From Ascidiella aspersa (lineage: Eukaryota), in the NCBI GenBank assembly GCA_963924565.1, contig OZ004610.1, positions 7,006,001 to 7,070,000 on the forward strand: a stretch of DNA of 64,000 bases, read 5' to 3'. Shown here piece by piece: positions 27,601 through 42,600 of this stretch. Within the stretch, counting starts at the first letter, position 1; each line of letters starts with the position of its first letter. The notes beneath the pieces were generated by a model, which was not told the DNA's origin, did not search any database, and worked only from the letters and a program-made list of their open reading frames with translations. The translations under genes and the position numbers were made by a program.

Positions 27601-30600
27601 TTTCCAACAACGTCGCGCAGTCCAAGGTGAACGGGATAAGGCTTCAACAGAGCAAGGAACGACAAAAAGTGTAAGTTAGCCGCCCGAAAAAATATTCGAT
27701 TCGCGCAAAATACCTAACTATGCGGGTCGCCGAATATATGATATTTGAATAGATAGAAATCGTTCTTCTGGTGTTTCCGAATGTTCTGGTGAAGCGATTG
27801 ATTTTTTTTAACGCCGGCTTATACTTCGTTTACACCAGAAGACCGAGCTTAATCTATTGATATGTTGCCTGGTGGAGCTATAACTCGGGACTTACTCAAA
27901 AAAACAACATTTTAATTTGTAACACGCTTTCCACGGCACTTAATTAATAACCCCCATAACTTAGCGCGCATAAAAACGGCTTCGCAGCCTAATTTAATCT
28001 ACTCGCAGTTTGGCCGAGTTTCGGCGAGTTTGGAGCGGGATTCTCGAGTCGAAAGAAGGCCTCGGGTCGCTTAGGAGAACGTGCGGTGGAATGGCGAACA
28101 ACATCACCATCCTACGCAACACCTTCCAAAGACAGAAGCAGCAGTACGACATGTGAGTTTTGGGTTTTGTTTGCCTGTGTCTATTCCGAGATGTTCGAAG
28201 TGAAGCAAAGAGTCGAGTCTGCGCCGAATCGGTTTATGTTCAGTTGCTTGACGCCGACGGCATCCAAGACGCAATGATTTCCACTTATAGTCGCCACTAG
28301 GATAACCCATATTATCGGATCGGGGCCAATACCCCACGTTTTTTTCTTGAAACTTATTTACTATATTTACCATATTTTGTTGCTACTATTGAAGAGGCAG
28401 CATACTCATCTAAAAATATAGGTGAGTATGCTGCTTCTTTAAAAGTAGCAACAAAATATGAGAAATGACTTCGTACCTATAGTTTGGCCCACTGAAAATG
28501 GTCTCGTGGCACACAGTTTGAAAAAATACTTTAAAAATTAGTAAAACCCCAAACCAACCTTTCACATAATCGAATTCTCAGCAATCTCAAGACGCAATAG
28601 AATAGTCACCATTGGGGATGTCCGATAATATCGGATCGAAGCCGATACCCGATGACAAGTAGTATTATCGATACTTGTCCGATACTGGGTGTTCGATCGG
28701 ATACAAAATTAAATTATGCATAACTGCCATGCTTTGCGATCCAACCTATGGTTTTCTGTCTTTAAAGAAAAATTTCCAAAAAACATTACTTTAATAAACA
28801 GAAGATGAATATGCTCCCTGAAAAAAAAAAAAAAAATTTCGGTCTAATACCCTGGAAATCTTTGCCATTGTACTTTTCTATTTAATCAATTTTGATTATT
28901 TGATCCCATTGTCATGAAGTTATATGGTATCGGATCGCACCGGATCGCGATACTTTTTGCTCAAAATATCGGGTATCGGAAAGAAATATCGGGTATCGGA
29001 CAACCCTGTAGTCATTATATTAGTTAAACGTTTTGGCTGACGGGCTTTAGAACAATGAAACATTTTAGCATCCATTTTATCAGTGTTGTCTATTAGTTAC
29101 AGAAAGAGGTATGTCGATCTTAGGTTGGCCTTGAATTATGTTAATAAGAAAATAAGTTTTTTTCAGAACGGTAAAGTAGTGTATAGGTTGGTTTAATTAA
29201 CCCAATTTTGACTTTGGATATCTAATCGCGCTTGCCTTTCGAATTACGTAAAAGGCCTGATTAAATTAAAGTTCAGCTCGACTGGTTGTTTGAAAAAAGG
29301 ACAAACGTCGCCGCAAAGCAAAGGAGCTATAGTCGACCGGTTATGAGCTCTAATGGGATGTAAATAGGTAAATAAACAAGAAGCGCTGCTAATCCACGTC
29401 CGGGCGCGATCATTAGCAAAGATTGCTGCGATACGCTGGTGTTGGCAATACAGTATTAAGATCGACGAAACTTAGCGAGTCGTTGTGAATTGCGAACACA
29501 TTAAGCGACTTGTGCAAAACGACGGGACACCAGAGAACCACAGGTCATAAGTTATGTAAGGTGTGAGTAGGCCAACTGTTCAGATGCGTAAACTTATCAA
29601 AAATATGTATATGTGATGCAAAAATTGGCCGACAAATTTTGTTATTCTGACGCTAAGTTTAAAAATTGCATTTAGAGCATTACTGCAAAGCTGGTGGCGT
29701 TACTGTACAGATTCAAACCTTTTTTTTTTTAGAATTTTTCTAAACATTACTTAATAATGTCAGAGCCAAAAAGGTCGAGTAAATCGACATCTTTTTCAAG
29801 ACGTTTCGATAAGCACTTTGCGTTTTCAAATCTTTATTAAGAAGATGTCCATTTACTTGATATTTTTGCGACCTAACTTTCTTAGTAAATATATCAAGTT
29901 GTCATAGGGTCGTAAAAACGCGACAGCTGAACATCCGTAAAAATGCAAAAATCTGCTTTTTGTTCTTTTTTTGAAGTAATTTTGCGTGTTTTGCCCGCAG
30001 CCACCTGCAAAACATGGAGCAGAAAATGGACCAGATCGAGAACCACCAGGACATACAGGACAGACGCTACTTCGAGGTGGTGGGCATGGCGATGAACAAC
30101 ACACGAAGAGTGTCGCGTATGCAGGTGAGATGTAATTTGGAGAAGTACATTTATCACACAGTGTCCTATCATACGAACGCACACCACCTTGGAAGCGTTA
30201 ATTGAAACGCAAAAGCATTTTTATTTGAGCACCAATTCAAAATTTAAGAAATATTATAAAGTTACACATCAAGGTTTTACGATGCGACGGCTGCAACACC
30301 ATGAATTTAAACCGTTTAAACCCTACAATGCTTCAGAGGAAGGGCATAAAGAAAATTCACCCTTTTGCAATGATTCCCTTGTATCTTAAACGAAGCGAGC
30401 GGACTATATGGTATTTCAATTGCAAAAAGCTATTTCCAGCTATAGGGAAAACTACAACAGGTGCTCGATTTAGCCGTGCATAATTGTCGAAAAATTGCGC
30501 ATCTAAATTCTAAAGCACTTCGTTTACCTGTTGGGGCTTCAAATGTTAGTTATTAAAAATGTGTTTACGTGCAATTGTCGAGGTTTTTCAATCGCGTTCA

Positions 30601-33600
30601 GCTGAAAAATAAAAGCTATTGGTGCAAAATTTGTGTGAATCTGTTTAGTGGATGTTCGACTAAGACGATGTTTTTATTCTTACACATTAATTTAAACGGA
30701 ATATGTAAGCTTCCATCGTATACATTATTGTATGTTTGGCATTCGACCATAATTTAAGTATTGATTGAAACGGGTCGAACAGTAGACATTATAAAACTGG
30801 CGCCAAGTTCAATAAAACATTTTTTGTAATTTCCGAAGGAGAATTAGGTTTCGTTATAAAGAAACAAGCGGCGTAAGACATCAGCTAAGTCGCGGTCAAC
30901 GTCAATAAAATATTAATCCTAGTGATGCTTTTAAAACGTGACACTTAACCAACTAAATCGGTAAATATTTAGGACGATAACACTCGACTCCCAGTCTAGA
31001 CACATAATGCCAAACTTAAGTAATTTGAAAAGCGAACAAATTAGGCGGCGTCCCAGTGTTTAACGTTTTAATGAGACACACGAGTGTCGTTTTAAAACAG
31101 TTGATAATGCAATGGTTCCCAACCGGGTTGTCGTGGCAACCTTGAGTGCCAATTGTTAAATTTGATGTATGTGTTTTCCACCAAACTATTTCAGCGTACA
31201 TGTTTATCAATATTTAATCTTAATACACATTTCTTAACTAAAAGGGAAGTTTAAAAGGTCATATCACTTGCCCCGAATTCGTTCGTAAATTTACCGTCAG
31301 CGGTTTGGTGCGGCTTACAAAACGCTTCATCCCCGAAATCACCATAAGGTCGCTTTGACGACGACACAAAGGCCCATTGTCAGAAATGCAAATTTAAAAT
31401 TCAAATTGCCGCATTAAGTGTGGTCGTTAACACACAATGTGATTTTAGGGCTGCTCATACAAAAGAAAGCAGATAGATTCCATTTAAGGGTTCTCTACCT
31501 AATGGTCTTAAATTTATTAACTGGCAGGTTTACAACACAAGAGTTACCGCATCGTAATACGCAAAATTCGCATATTTTAAGCTATTTAGAAAAAGCAAAG
31601 AGAAGTTTAAAATTAAACAACAATGTAAAACATAGTTCAAATCAAGTCAAAAAAATTGTGTGGGTGCTAGTGTAAAATACTAAGTGGTCATGCAGATCTG
31701 TATGGCGTATGCGCTTGTGTTGAGGAATTTAAATTGCCCTGAACTGCCTTTTAATACAAAAAACGATACGGGAAACAAAATGTGTCGCGAGCAGCTATAG
31801 CGCGCCTCCAGCCATTTAACCGCGCTTAGGCACGACAATTGCCAACAAATCGCTGCGAGACGAGACCCAAGGACAGCGCGTGGACCGCGAGGAAGCGGCT
31901 GCGGTTTCAGTCGTGAAAACACTGCGGGTTTAAGACAAAGTGGCCTTTGCCGTGTTGCTCTACCAACGCAAACAGTTTTGTCCGACGCGGGCATTGCTGT
32001 TGCGTCGTATCGTGGCGCTTCAACGACCGATCTCGTGCGGTTTCGAGTGCTCTTTGATTGACTCGAAGGGCGATTACAACGCCTCAGTTGTTTTAGCGCG
32101 CTTTTGTGTTGCCAATGCGCCGGAATACAGAGCGACTCGACACAGTTTCTGTTTTGCTTTATGCCGGTCGAAGCAAAACACCATTTCAGTGAGATATATA
32201 CCTTCTCTTGTAGAAAAGGTCTAAAATAATGGCTAGAATAAAACGAATGTTTAGCTACTAATATAAACTTGGACTCAAAACCTTTAAAATTAAGTTCTAC
32301 ACTTTCTTCCTTGATATTTAACTCCCAATATGATTATGAATGGAAATCTTACTTGTAACTTGCGGCTCTGTAGAGCAGCGGTTCTCTAAACTGTGTGCTG
32401 CGGCACATCGGTGTGCCGAAAAACTTATTGTACGAAAAAAAAAATTTGTTGCGAATAGGAATATAGGTGAGTAAAAAACATGCGAAACTACATAAACGTT
32501 ATCTATTAAAAAAAATCTAATGGTTTTAAAGTATATACCTATTGTCATGCAGTGTATTGGGAGAGATTGTCAAGTTATGAAAATATTGCTTTTTAGGAAG
32601 ATTTCGGTGCATATTTTTTCATTTTTTAGTGTGGCGAAAACTCCAAAATATGAAATGCACTTTTTTACAGTTAAGGAATGGCCACTGTAAGTTCAAACAA
32701 AGATAAATGGCCCAAAAGGTGACATCGCTTTAGCTCTAAAACGTGTTTGATCTCTTCCAAAGGGTGATTTGGAGCAAGATCTACGCAGCATCCGCATGGA
32801 AAAGAAGTCGATGGCGATGAGCTTGAACCAGATCCAGAGCAGACTGCACACCATGTTCAGGGAGGATATCAACCAGCAAAACACCATCCTCAGCCAGATA
32901 CAAACAACCATGTTCTCGTAAGTATAGGCCGTGTCTAGGAACGACTGATCGCCGATCGCCTTTTTAACAAATCATGTGCAGCTCAAGTCATTTCGGCAAA
33001 TAACTTAACTTTAGACTTGGGTCATTTAGGCAAATAATTTAACTTGAGTCAGTGAGGCAAATAACTTAACTTAAGACTTGAGCCAGTGAGGCAAATCAAC
33101 TTATATTTAGACTTTAGTCATAGAGGCAAATGTCTTAATTTTAGACTTGAGTCATCGAGACAAGCAACACAAACTTGTATTTTAGTGAATGAGACCAACG
33201 GATTGACGTCCACTAACGTCACTGAGCCAATTGACTTGACGTAGACTTTCAAGTCACTCGGACAAATGACTTAAACTTACATGTCTTGATTAAATATTTT
33301 TTTCGCTAAAATATATATTCAATATAATAACTTTGCGCCAAACTTACTAAATCAACTGATTGTTAAGGATTAGACGACTTAAACAATTTTAAAGCACTAA
33401 CTTTTTAGTTTAATGTTAAAATTTTACTTGGAACTGTGTTATTTTGCAAATGACTTGACCGGGACTTACGTTATTTCGCGATAGACTTTATTTCGATTCA
33501 CCGTTATTCTACAAATCCTAACTTGGACTGATGTTATTGTACTAACGGTCTCAACTTTAAATTGCGTCATTTCACTTGGTACTTCAACACGACTTGTAGA

Positions 33601-36600
33601 CAACACTACCGGTGCTTAAGAAAACCAACAAAGTATTATAAACCCAGGCACGGCGACATGCTACTGCAGCACGACCGAGCCTTCAACCAACAGCAGAGCA
33701 ACGTGGCCGCTATAAACGCCACCTATCTACAGCAACAGCGCGATATAGAGCGAATCACCGACATCATTGAGCAGCTGGGATTGGACGGCAAGGCTAAGGG
33801 AAGCAGCGGGAAACTAACCGAGGTAGATTGTTTGTTTTTGATTGGGTAAATTTTTTGAATGATGCGAATTCAAACAGCGCGCGCTTTTGTTTTTCGCTGA
33901 AACGGAGATTTATGGACGCACGCTGAAATATGGCTACGGAAAACATTGCAAAAGAAAAACAAAGTGTATTGGCAAGGCTAAACAAACTGAGGAAACACGG
34001 GCTTGAGTCGAACTGACGACAAAGGCTTTTTGTTAAAATTTAAATTGTAAATTGAATACACTGTCGCAATCAGTCAGTTTCTCCAAAACAACGATTAGTA
34101 TTTTATAAGCAAAAAATTCCGCCTAAATGCCACGAGTTCTGTTACTCAATAAACTGAAGCGTTGAATAAATGGCATATTCCTGAAAGCCAAATTATTCTT
34201 TGTTTAACAATATTAAAATCAATAGTAAAATACCGTAGCAAATCGATATCAATCTAAATTGAACAATTGAACTTTTTGAAAACTTAACAGTGGGGATATT
34301 GGGCTAAACCGGGCCAATCCGCAAAAACGAAATAGTCACGAACGAAATGGGTCGATGCTCTTTGCTCGGTGACTAAACAGAGGCAAGCAAGCAACTTAAA
34401 GCCATTCGGTGTTGACACGAGTTACATAATGCACCGGGGACGGCGCTCTGTTATCAAAGCAAAAGCAACAGCGGACTCAGTGTATTTGACCTGCGGGCCA
34501 CTGGACGGGCGGACGTGCCCTTTACTGGCAAATGATTTATCTGAATATGCGCCGGCGGTTCCCCGGGCTGTAGTACTAGCGTAATCGCCCACCTATGTTC
34601 ACCTACAGCGGGGTAGGGTGCGTGTGAGGCTGTGGTTGCTTTGCTGAAGGTCCTTCCATCATTGATAGTAAACCAGGTGGCTAGTTTTTTTTTTTTTTTT
34701 TTTTTTGCAATCACGACGAAAAAGTTAGCCGTCGCTTAATGTCCTTACCGCTTATAGTAGTTGACAGCTTTCTGATATTTGCACCCTGCCCTTGAACTTT
34801 TCAAGACATCAACACATTTTTTATATTATAAACTTGGCGGCGTTAGACATACGGAAAATGATAACTTTTTAATTAATCTCGCTCCTGATTTACACGTAAT
34901 AACACAGTATAGTAGCTGCAAGATTTTACAAACAAGTTCTTAAAACATTATGGTATTTATGAAGATTAAAACATCATGGTATTTATGACATTATGGTATC
35001 ACAAGAATCTGGCACTGGCAAAAACCTATTGTTAAAAATAACCCCCAGTGCAATAAATAACACGAATCAGGGCAAAACGGGTTAATTTGTGCCAGGTATA
35101 CGCACGTCAAGGGTAGAAGCGACGCGTTAGAAATACCAAAACGCGCAAGCACGCACACACAATAAAACGCTCACGTTAATTTGCCGTCTTAAGGTTTGCG
35201 AGCTTTTAAAATAACCGGGATCGCCACCGTCATTTCCTTGCCCCTACACAATCGCAGCAATATGCCAAAAGTGGGAAGAAGACCTCCTGTGTGACGGCTG
35301 TCGAGAGAAGGCGACCGCACGACACCCGACAGATGTGCAAATAAATATTTCTCCAGACTGTTTGCTCGAGCGGCGAGATGAGACGCCCGACCGGATTCGA
35401 TTTAAATCCCATTCACAAATACCAGGCGTTTGCTGAAAGCGATTCGTTGCACAGGGCGACAGACCATGGTGGGAAAACGGTTGTTTTTTTCATAAAAACA
35501 AATAAACAGCAGTCGAACAGCAACTTAAATAAAGGCAGTATAACCTTGTTCAGGTAGCCGTTAATGTGCCTTAATAATTCTCAGCTATGCATTGTCCTCT
35601 ATATTGCAAGCTTTCGATAAGCGTTTATCAGGCAAAAAACAGTGCACAACCTAAGTCTTCGTAATGAAAAGGGTAAAGCCGCCACCAGAAGCTCCACTTC
35701 ACAAAATAACCAGAAAGAGGGGCGGGACTTAACTGGGTCAACAAGCGGTTGGTGTATTTGCTGTTGGTCGTGCGGTCCGCTTGCCCCGGCCTATCCCCCT
35801 TGCCTTTGATGGATGGCAACCCATGCGCCGCGCCAGAGATTACAAGATAATCCGGTGGGGCTTTAAAAAGCAGTTTTACCGCGCTTGCCTGTCTTGTCTG
35901 TAAATTGAGGCTTTGAGGTTATTGCGAGAAAACGACCTGTTTGAGTTTTCGGCCTGTATTTTCTACGGTCCCCCGTTGGGTGGTTTTCGCTCAACTTTCA
36001 ACACTAACGAGAGGTGTATAATCTTCAGACTTTCCTGTCTTAATATAAGCATATAAATAACTGTTTTGATAAACACACGAAAGTGTAACGTATATGTACT
36101 TCCATTTGAAGGAGAAAAAGCGTGTAAAGCGTGCCGGCAGTTTATGAAAAGCCGCATAACGTGGCCGATCCGGCATAGTTTGTGGCTTTAGCCGATGGGT
36201 TTAGCTGCGGATTGTTGACTAGTAGGCGTGCAACCAGCGCAGATCTTCAAATAAGGAAGCGTCGAAAAGCTGTCTGAAAATGTGCGATTTCTATCAGATT
36301 GCTCCATGTATAGGTCGTGGCCCGAAGTATAGGTCGTGGCCCAAAACAAAAACCAGAACTTCACAAACTTGTTATTTGCGGCCCCTTTTCACTTAAAAAA
36401 CTTTACGCGATCCTTCAGGATGAACAATGATAAATAGAACATTAACATTTCCTTTTGCACATTTGTTGAAGTTACGTGCAACTCAAATTTCGCATATCTA
36501 TAGTCAGAATAAGTATACTTTACATGGTTGTTACACTTAGGGTATTGATGGAATGCTACTTGTGGCCGCGAAAAAAACTTGCAATTGTAAAAAAAACAAT

Positions 36601-39600
36601 ATAGACTAAAACACAACACTAGCGAACGTCCAGCGAGAAAAAAGAGTTCTGGGAAAAGCGTTTGCCATCGTAAATTTCTGATGTCAAGTTCTCAACCAAA
36701 TTCCAGCTTTAAAAGGAGTTCTTGTGATTTTTATGTGCGGGTGTTAACAACAGTTTCAATTAAGATATTGCCAGCCGTTTAAGCAAGACATTGCCTTTCT
36801 GTATTGAGAAGCAATCTAAACGACACGACGGTACGTAACTTGAAAGGATAACACTTTTTTGCAATAAATATGTTACCATTGTAGCGGACCAATATGAATA
36901 ACTACACTCATACAGACCGCCGAAGTTACACACCATCATTACATAGTTTACTTATTTGTGTGGCAGGTCACTTACTAACCCACATCAAAGTTGATTTAGT
37001 TAAGGGTTTAGTGTATAGGGTTACGCGACTGACGTCAACTCGATTTCTGGAAGCTGACGTTTATTCGTGGCGGAACTTAAAGCAACCTCCGCCGACTGGT
37101 TTTCCGCGCCAACGGACCCTAACAGGTGTGGCGCCTCAAACGGCCGCCAAGAAGGTCAAACAGCAATTAACCTCGGCCTTGGCACAAACGCGGCTCTTGT
37201 CTTGTGGAGCCTGGGGCTCTGGCGAGCACTGAGTGACGTTACATAAACACACAACTCATTGGAATCCTGAGCGAATCATCCTGATTTAGCCGCCCCTTGC
37301 AAGTTGGACGAAATTAAGGGTCTTTTAGGTTGATGAAGTGTAAAGTAATTAGATGGGAAAAGAGGATGCCCCTTGTATAACGAGGCTGCCTAATCCAGAC
37401 CATAAATCGCCGGTCTGCTGGGAGTTTAAAAACGTTTATAACCGCGTGAGGGACTTCGCTTATATGATTTAGCCCCTCGTAATTGGCAGGGAATCTACTA
37501 AAACCCCAATATCGGACGATGGGTTATGCTAAGTAAAACTAATTGCTCTGACAAAACGGCGGGCCCTTATTACAGCTGATAAAATCAACAGGGGCGCGCA
37601 GTTCCACATATTGAGCTGACAGCGTGATGCGTAGGGCAACGAGGTACAAGAAGCAACAGTGGTCTTTTGGGCAAAGGTTCATTAATAACTGTCAGCGGGA
37701 AGTGCAAATACTGAGCTTGTATGCTTTGCGGAACATAACGTTTCAAGTGCCGGGGTTTCAGATTGCTGTTTTGCCGGCGCACCCCGGCGCGAAATAGAAT
37801 GCGAACGAGGGCTTTGGCAAAGCCTCGGAAAGAATAACAAACAACCACGGAGACGGTGAACATGGGTCAGAGACCCAAAGCATCACACAACTAGTTCTCA
37901 CAGGAATTCCACCAATGATGTTCGAATTTTTTCAAAGAGATACACCCTTGGATCTGCGGACATCTAAACCCATTTGTCGAACGCGGTGGTACCACAAATG
38001 TGTCGCTAAAGGCCACACCCGGTGTAAGAAATTCGTCTATAACCTGTTTCTTGGAAGCGGCATGTTATTTGCGGAAGGTGTAACTTCGACGTTAGGCCAC
38101 ATTCGACAAAAGGAATTCGGGAAACGACCAAGCGCACATGGAAACTACACAAACACGCCCAAAAATCTGGTTTCGGAGGGCGGTCGGACACGGATTCCGA
38201 CACGAAACAACAAAAAAAACACTCTCGCTTTCTCTCGCCGTGGGTGGTCGGATGATCCGGGAGTATACTGGATGAGAGCGGCGAAAAATTGACGGCTCGT
38301 AAATATTAACTAACGGTGACGAGCAGCGGCGTTGGAGGGATCAAACAAGTTGACTGGCGGGAGTTATAGAGGTTTGAGCGAGGCGAAGCTCACACTTGGC
38401 GATGACACGACGCCAATCACTCACGACTGTGAAAGGGAAGCGCTCATGGGAACTTTCTCACGCGTATCACGGGCCGTGATTCGTCAGGATCTGACGGTGT
38501 GGCGGTCTGTCGCGCGTGCGGTCGTTTGCATTGGATCAAAGTCGCTGTTTCCGACGAGAGTTGTAGCCGAGAAATGCACGGTGGTCCTCTGAACAATTCA
38601 GATAGATTGCAAGGCCAGTTGCCCGGCTGTCAATGGGTCACTGGCTCTGCGAAAACATTCCCCGATCACGGACATTTTGGGCTTTGTGGGCAAAGTGAAG
38701 TAAAATTTTTCGTCGTTTCTAGGAAATTTGGGTTTATCAGCGCAAATTTTTTCAGCAGTATTTGCGTGCAAACAAGCGTAAAATATTTTAATCATTAACA
38801 AAAAGAGTCATAGAGATAGCGCCACCAGGCAACATTTCAATAGATAGAAATCGCTCTTCTGGTGTAAACGAAGTATAAACCGACGTTTCGGGAGCAGATA
38901 CCAGCTGACCTCATCAGGGTTAATAATCATTAACTTTATATCTATTAAAAAAAGTTATTTTTAACGTCGAAAATTCGGATCGAACCGTGTAAATAATATC
39001 TGGTAATAAGTTCTGGTAGAGACAAATTCCGTAAATTCGACCACAAGTTAATCCTTCAATAGTTTTTCCTCGGCTTATCAAGATGCCTGTCAGCTAATCA
39101 GCGGCGTTTTGATCATTTCAGATCATCAATTAGATTAAATTATTAATCCGCTGACAAAAATCCCAGTTCAGACAACAGACAACCTCGTCACGTTAATTTG
39201 AGAATGTTTTTAAAGCAATACACAGTTCGAAATTCTGCATTTATAGCGCATATGTAGATTTATATACTTAAACGAAATTTGCAAAGAGTCGAAGTCTAGA
39301 CAGCTTTATTCCCTTTAGTTCTTTTTTGGGCATTAAGTGTTTTCGAAAGCGACTTCGCCTGATAAGATTATTTAGGGATAATTGTGACGCGCGCCGACCG
39401 GAATTCTGTCAAGTCAAGATAAAATAGCACATAACGGCGGAAGTGAAAACTAAATAAGACGGGTGACGCTTTCAAGCAAGCAAAGCAAGACGATCAGAGG
39501 CGTCAGACGGCCTATCTATCGCCCTATCTGCAAAAGAGCGGCCGTTTAAACGGTTGTGGCACAAAGAACAGGCCTGGGGATCACAGCAGCGTTAACCTGG

Positions 39601-42600
39601 GTGCTTTGAGTCCAATTTAGCGGTGGCAAGCGTATAGGCGAGCTTTGAAACCCGACAACCGCAAAACTCGAACGCATGAAAACAGAAACGCCTTATCTGA
39701 AACTTAAACGACAAGATTTTAGACTTGTATGTGAGCTAGGCTTGCTTTCCGTGGGGCTACAATGCCCGGCAGCCTTTTTCCATCCTGTTCTTGTAGCGAG
39801 ACATACATACCTATTTTAAGTACTTTATAACGGCCCGGCCTTTTTCCTGCCAATTCTTTTTTTAACTATTGTAGCTAATTTGCATGGCTATACAACATAT
39901 TCTTAATTTGAGACTGCCGCTATTTCCACCCTATTATACCTAAATCCATAACTGCAAGGTAATATGACTGGAAAAACTTCTTATTTTTCCTTTTTCAAAT
40001 CCTTTTTCCACTCTTTTGTAATATTAACATTCAAAGTGGTTAGTTGCAAAAAACATTTTTTGTAAACTATCCGAATGTAGGTTAACAGAATTAGAAGTAC
40101 ACTTAAAACTTTCAGAAATCCCAGTTTTTGTAATATTGTTACACTTCTTCCACAAGATGACCATTCTTTCGTCAATATTTAAAGCCCAACTAACTATTTT
40201 TTTACATTTTTCTAGGCTTTACAATCAAAACTCTAATTTAAGCGTTCCGAACTCCAAAATTTTGGCACTTTAACTGGACCCCCCTGACACGGTCTGAGGG
40301 CTAGGGGTATCAGGTAGGGCTGCAAGGCGCGAAAAAGGCCGGGTGACGTAACAAGCGACCGACGCGTGACCCCGATTGTTCGTCGCAGGCGCGGTCGCGG
40401 CTCTCCAGCATTGCCGACCTTCAAAGCCTGGTGGCGCGTCTCAATCGTTCCCTGCAACACGCGGCCATCACCGAGCGTCGTTTCGAGACAAGGATGGCGC
40501 TACTGGAAAGGGTAAGAGAATGAAAACAAAAACGCAAGTCCGCCTGTTTTCGCGACTGCTGAATGTTCGATAATATCGGATCAGGTGCCCGATACCCGAT
40601 GACAAGTGGTTTAGTATCGGTATTCGTCCGATACTGGGATGGCTATTCGATAGCGAATCGATTTATTACGTGGTATCGATTCGATATTATCGGCCAGCCC
40701 TATCGCTGGCATGAAATTGCGGACTCTATAAACGCGTTCGTTAACTTGACTAAAAACAGCTGTTTAGAAGAGTATCAAAGCCCATACCGAATGCTGTTTA
40801 CTTCTGTATGGGGTTTGCTATTCTTACTATACAGCTTTCTAGAAGTTTTGCAAACTGTTGTGGCATAATATCAAAGCTGGTTATTTTATTAGATATTGAA
40901 GACAATTTGTTCCGCTTATAATGGTATTATTATCGGTTTTAACTAAAAAAAACAAAAAAAACACAATTTTAAAATTGCTATTTGCTTTCGTAAATCAGTG
41001 GTTTGTTCCTGTTTGGACGTGTGCGCTTACTGCAGAATAATCAGCATGGCATGGCAGAGCAGCCGTGAAAACGCGGTCGCTTTCATTTTCGACAGCATGT
41101 CTTCTTCACCACAAACATTTTCGTGTTGTTACCATATTCATCTTTCGGTTTTCCAATCATGTGTGCGCGTGTGTGCGTGGGATGTCACACAAATCGAACA
41201 CGTCGTTATAATTGTTTTCTGGGGTTGGCTAAGGGATTAAACTGCATTTAAAAATTCTAATCTAATTTAGAATTGTAAAATTGCAATGCTGGCAACGATT
41301 TTCGCAGTTTTGTTTGCCTTATTTCTACCAATGAAGAAAATATTCCGCACAAATAGACTTGCTTTTATTAGCAACCGTCTTTGGGTCTGTAGAACATAAA
41401 TGGGTGTGTAGAACATAAAAGTTGAAAATCTCAGATTATTCGCGGGAAAAAAGGTTGCCGACCAAGTCATACGAGCAAAGGTGCAGCAAAAATTACAAGA
41501 ACTTTTGTTGCCAAATCACACCAAGGTATATTTACCGAGATTTATCCGCACCTGTCTGTGATAGCAAATCCATGTCGGGCCTATAGAGCATAAACAGCTT
41601 AGGAAAAAACGCGATCACCTGGCCTAACCGCTAATCGTTGCATGGTTTATTAATGACATGCCGCGAACGCCGTACGAAACGGCTCAAGCGTGTTTAGAAT
41701 CAAGGCAAAGCGCCGTTTAACATCAGGCAAGGCCCACTTGACATGTCACATTTACACCTGTTCGCCGATCACTTTATTTATGTGTTTTGGGATAGCGAAA
41801 TAGACCAGGTATTATAACCTCGCGTTTAAGGTCATACAGATTAGAATTGCAACCTTTCTATAAATGCGAACTGTAAATTAAAAAAGTCCAGTGGTTTTGT
41901 CGGTTGGATTTCAAACCGTTTTCACTGCGGCTTTCAATTATATGAGCACTAAAAACATTTCATCGAAAATCACATAAGTTCACTTAACCAGGGGTGGGCA
42001 ACTACTTTGTGTTAACATTTTTCAATTTATTTCGTAATTTTGCTGACGTTGGCCACAAAGTTCAATCCATTTGCAGCAACTCAGGAAAATATGAACAGAT
42101 AAAAGTTAGGCTTTTAGAAAAGAGGTGTTCATTGAAATAACAATGAAAAAAGCAAATTAACCAAAACGAGTGGCTTGAAATAAAGCTAGCCTTAAAAAAA
42201 CTGCGCTAATAAACTTAGAATGCACCACTGCAAAAAAAGCGGTACTCATAATCATGAACGTTTAGTTTTTAATCATCCAATTTAGAACATTAAACGCGAG
42301 GTTTTCATTGGGCGAATGTTGAATTCAGTTCGGAGTGCGGCATTTCGTGATTAACAAAAGGCTTCTCGATTGCATGGCTGTTTCAATTGCAGAACATCGA
42401 GAAAATAGCGACGTACCTCAACACTCGAAGCAGGCCGAAATCGCATGACGCAGATGACGTCACTGATGTCACAAAGGGATCAGGGGGCAGCGTCAACCAG
42501 TCGACGAGCGAGCAGGTTAACACTCGAAAGGATGATAAGCTATCGACGCTAGACTTAGCTCGATTGGCAAAAGTCTCTCTTGTCGCACACTTATCGGCTT

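Noticed and set aside
32983-33280. CRISPR-like repeat array
   Set aside because: Eukaryotic intron, degenerate units, no unique spacers or cas genes.
33808-33822. GKLTE peptide shared by FReD exon 6 and a UPF2 exon
   Set aside because: Five residues with different codons; coincidence.
38451-38487. Second hammerhead candidate (minus strand CTGACGA + hairpin)
   Set aside because: GAAA does not follow stem II directly and there is no stem I or III.
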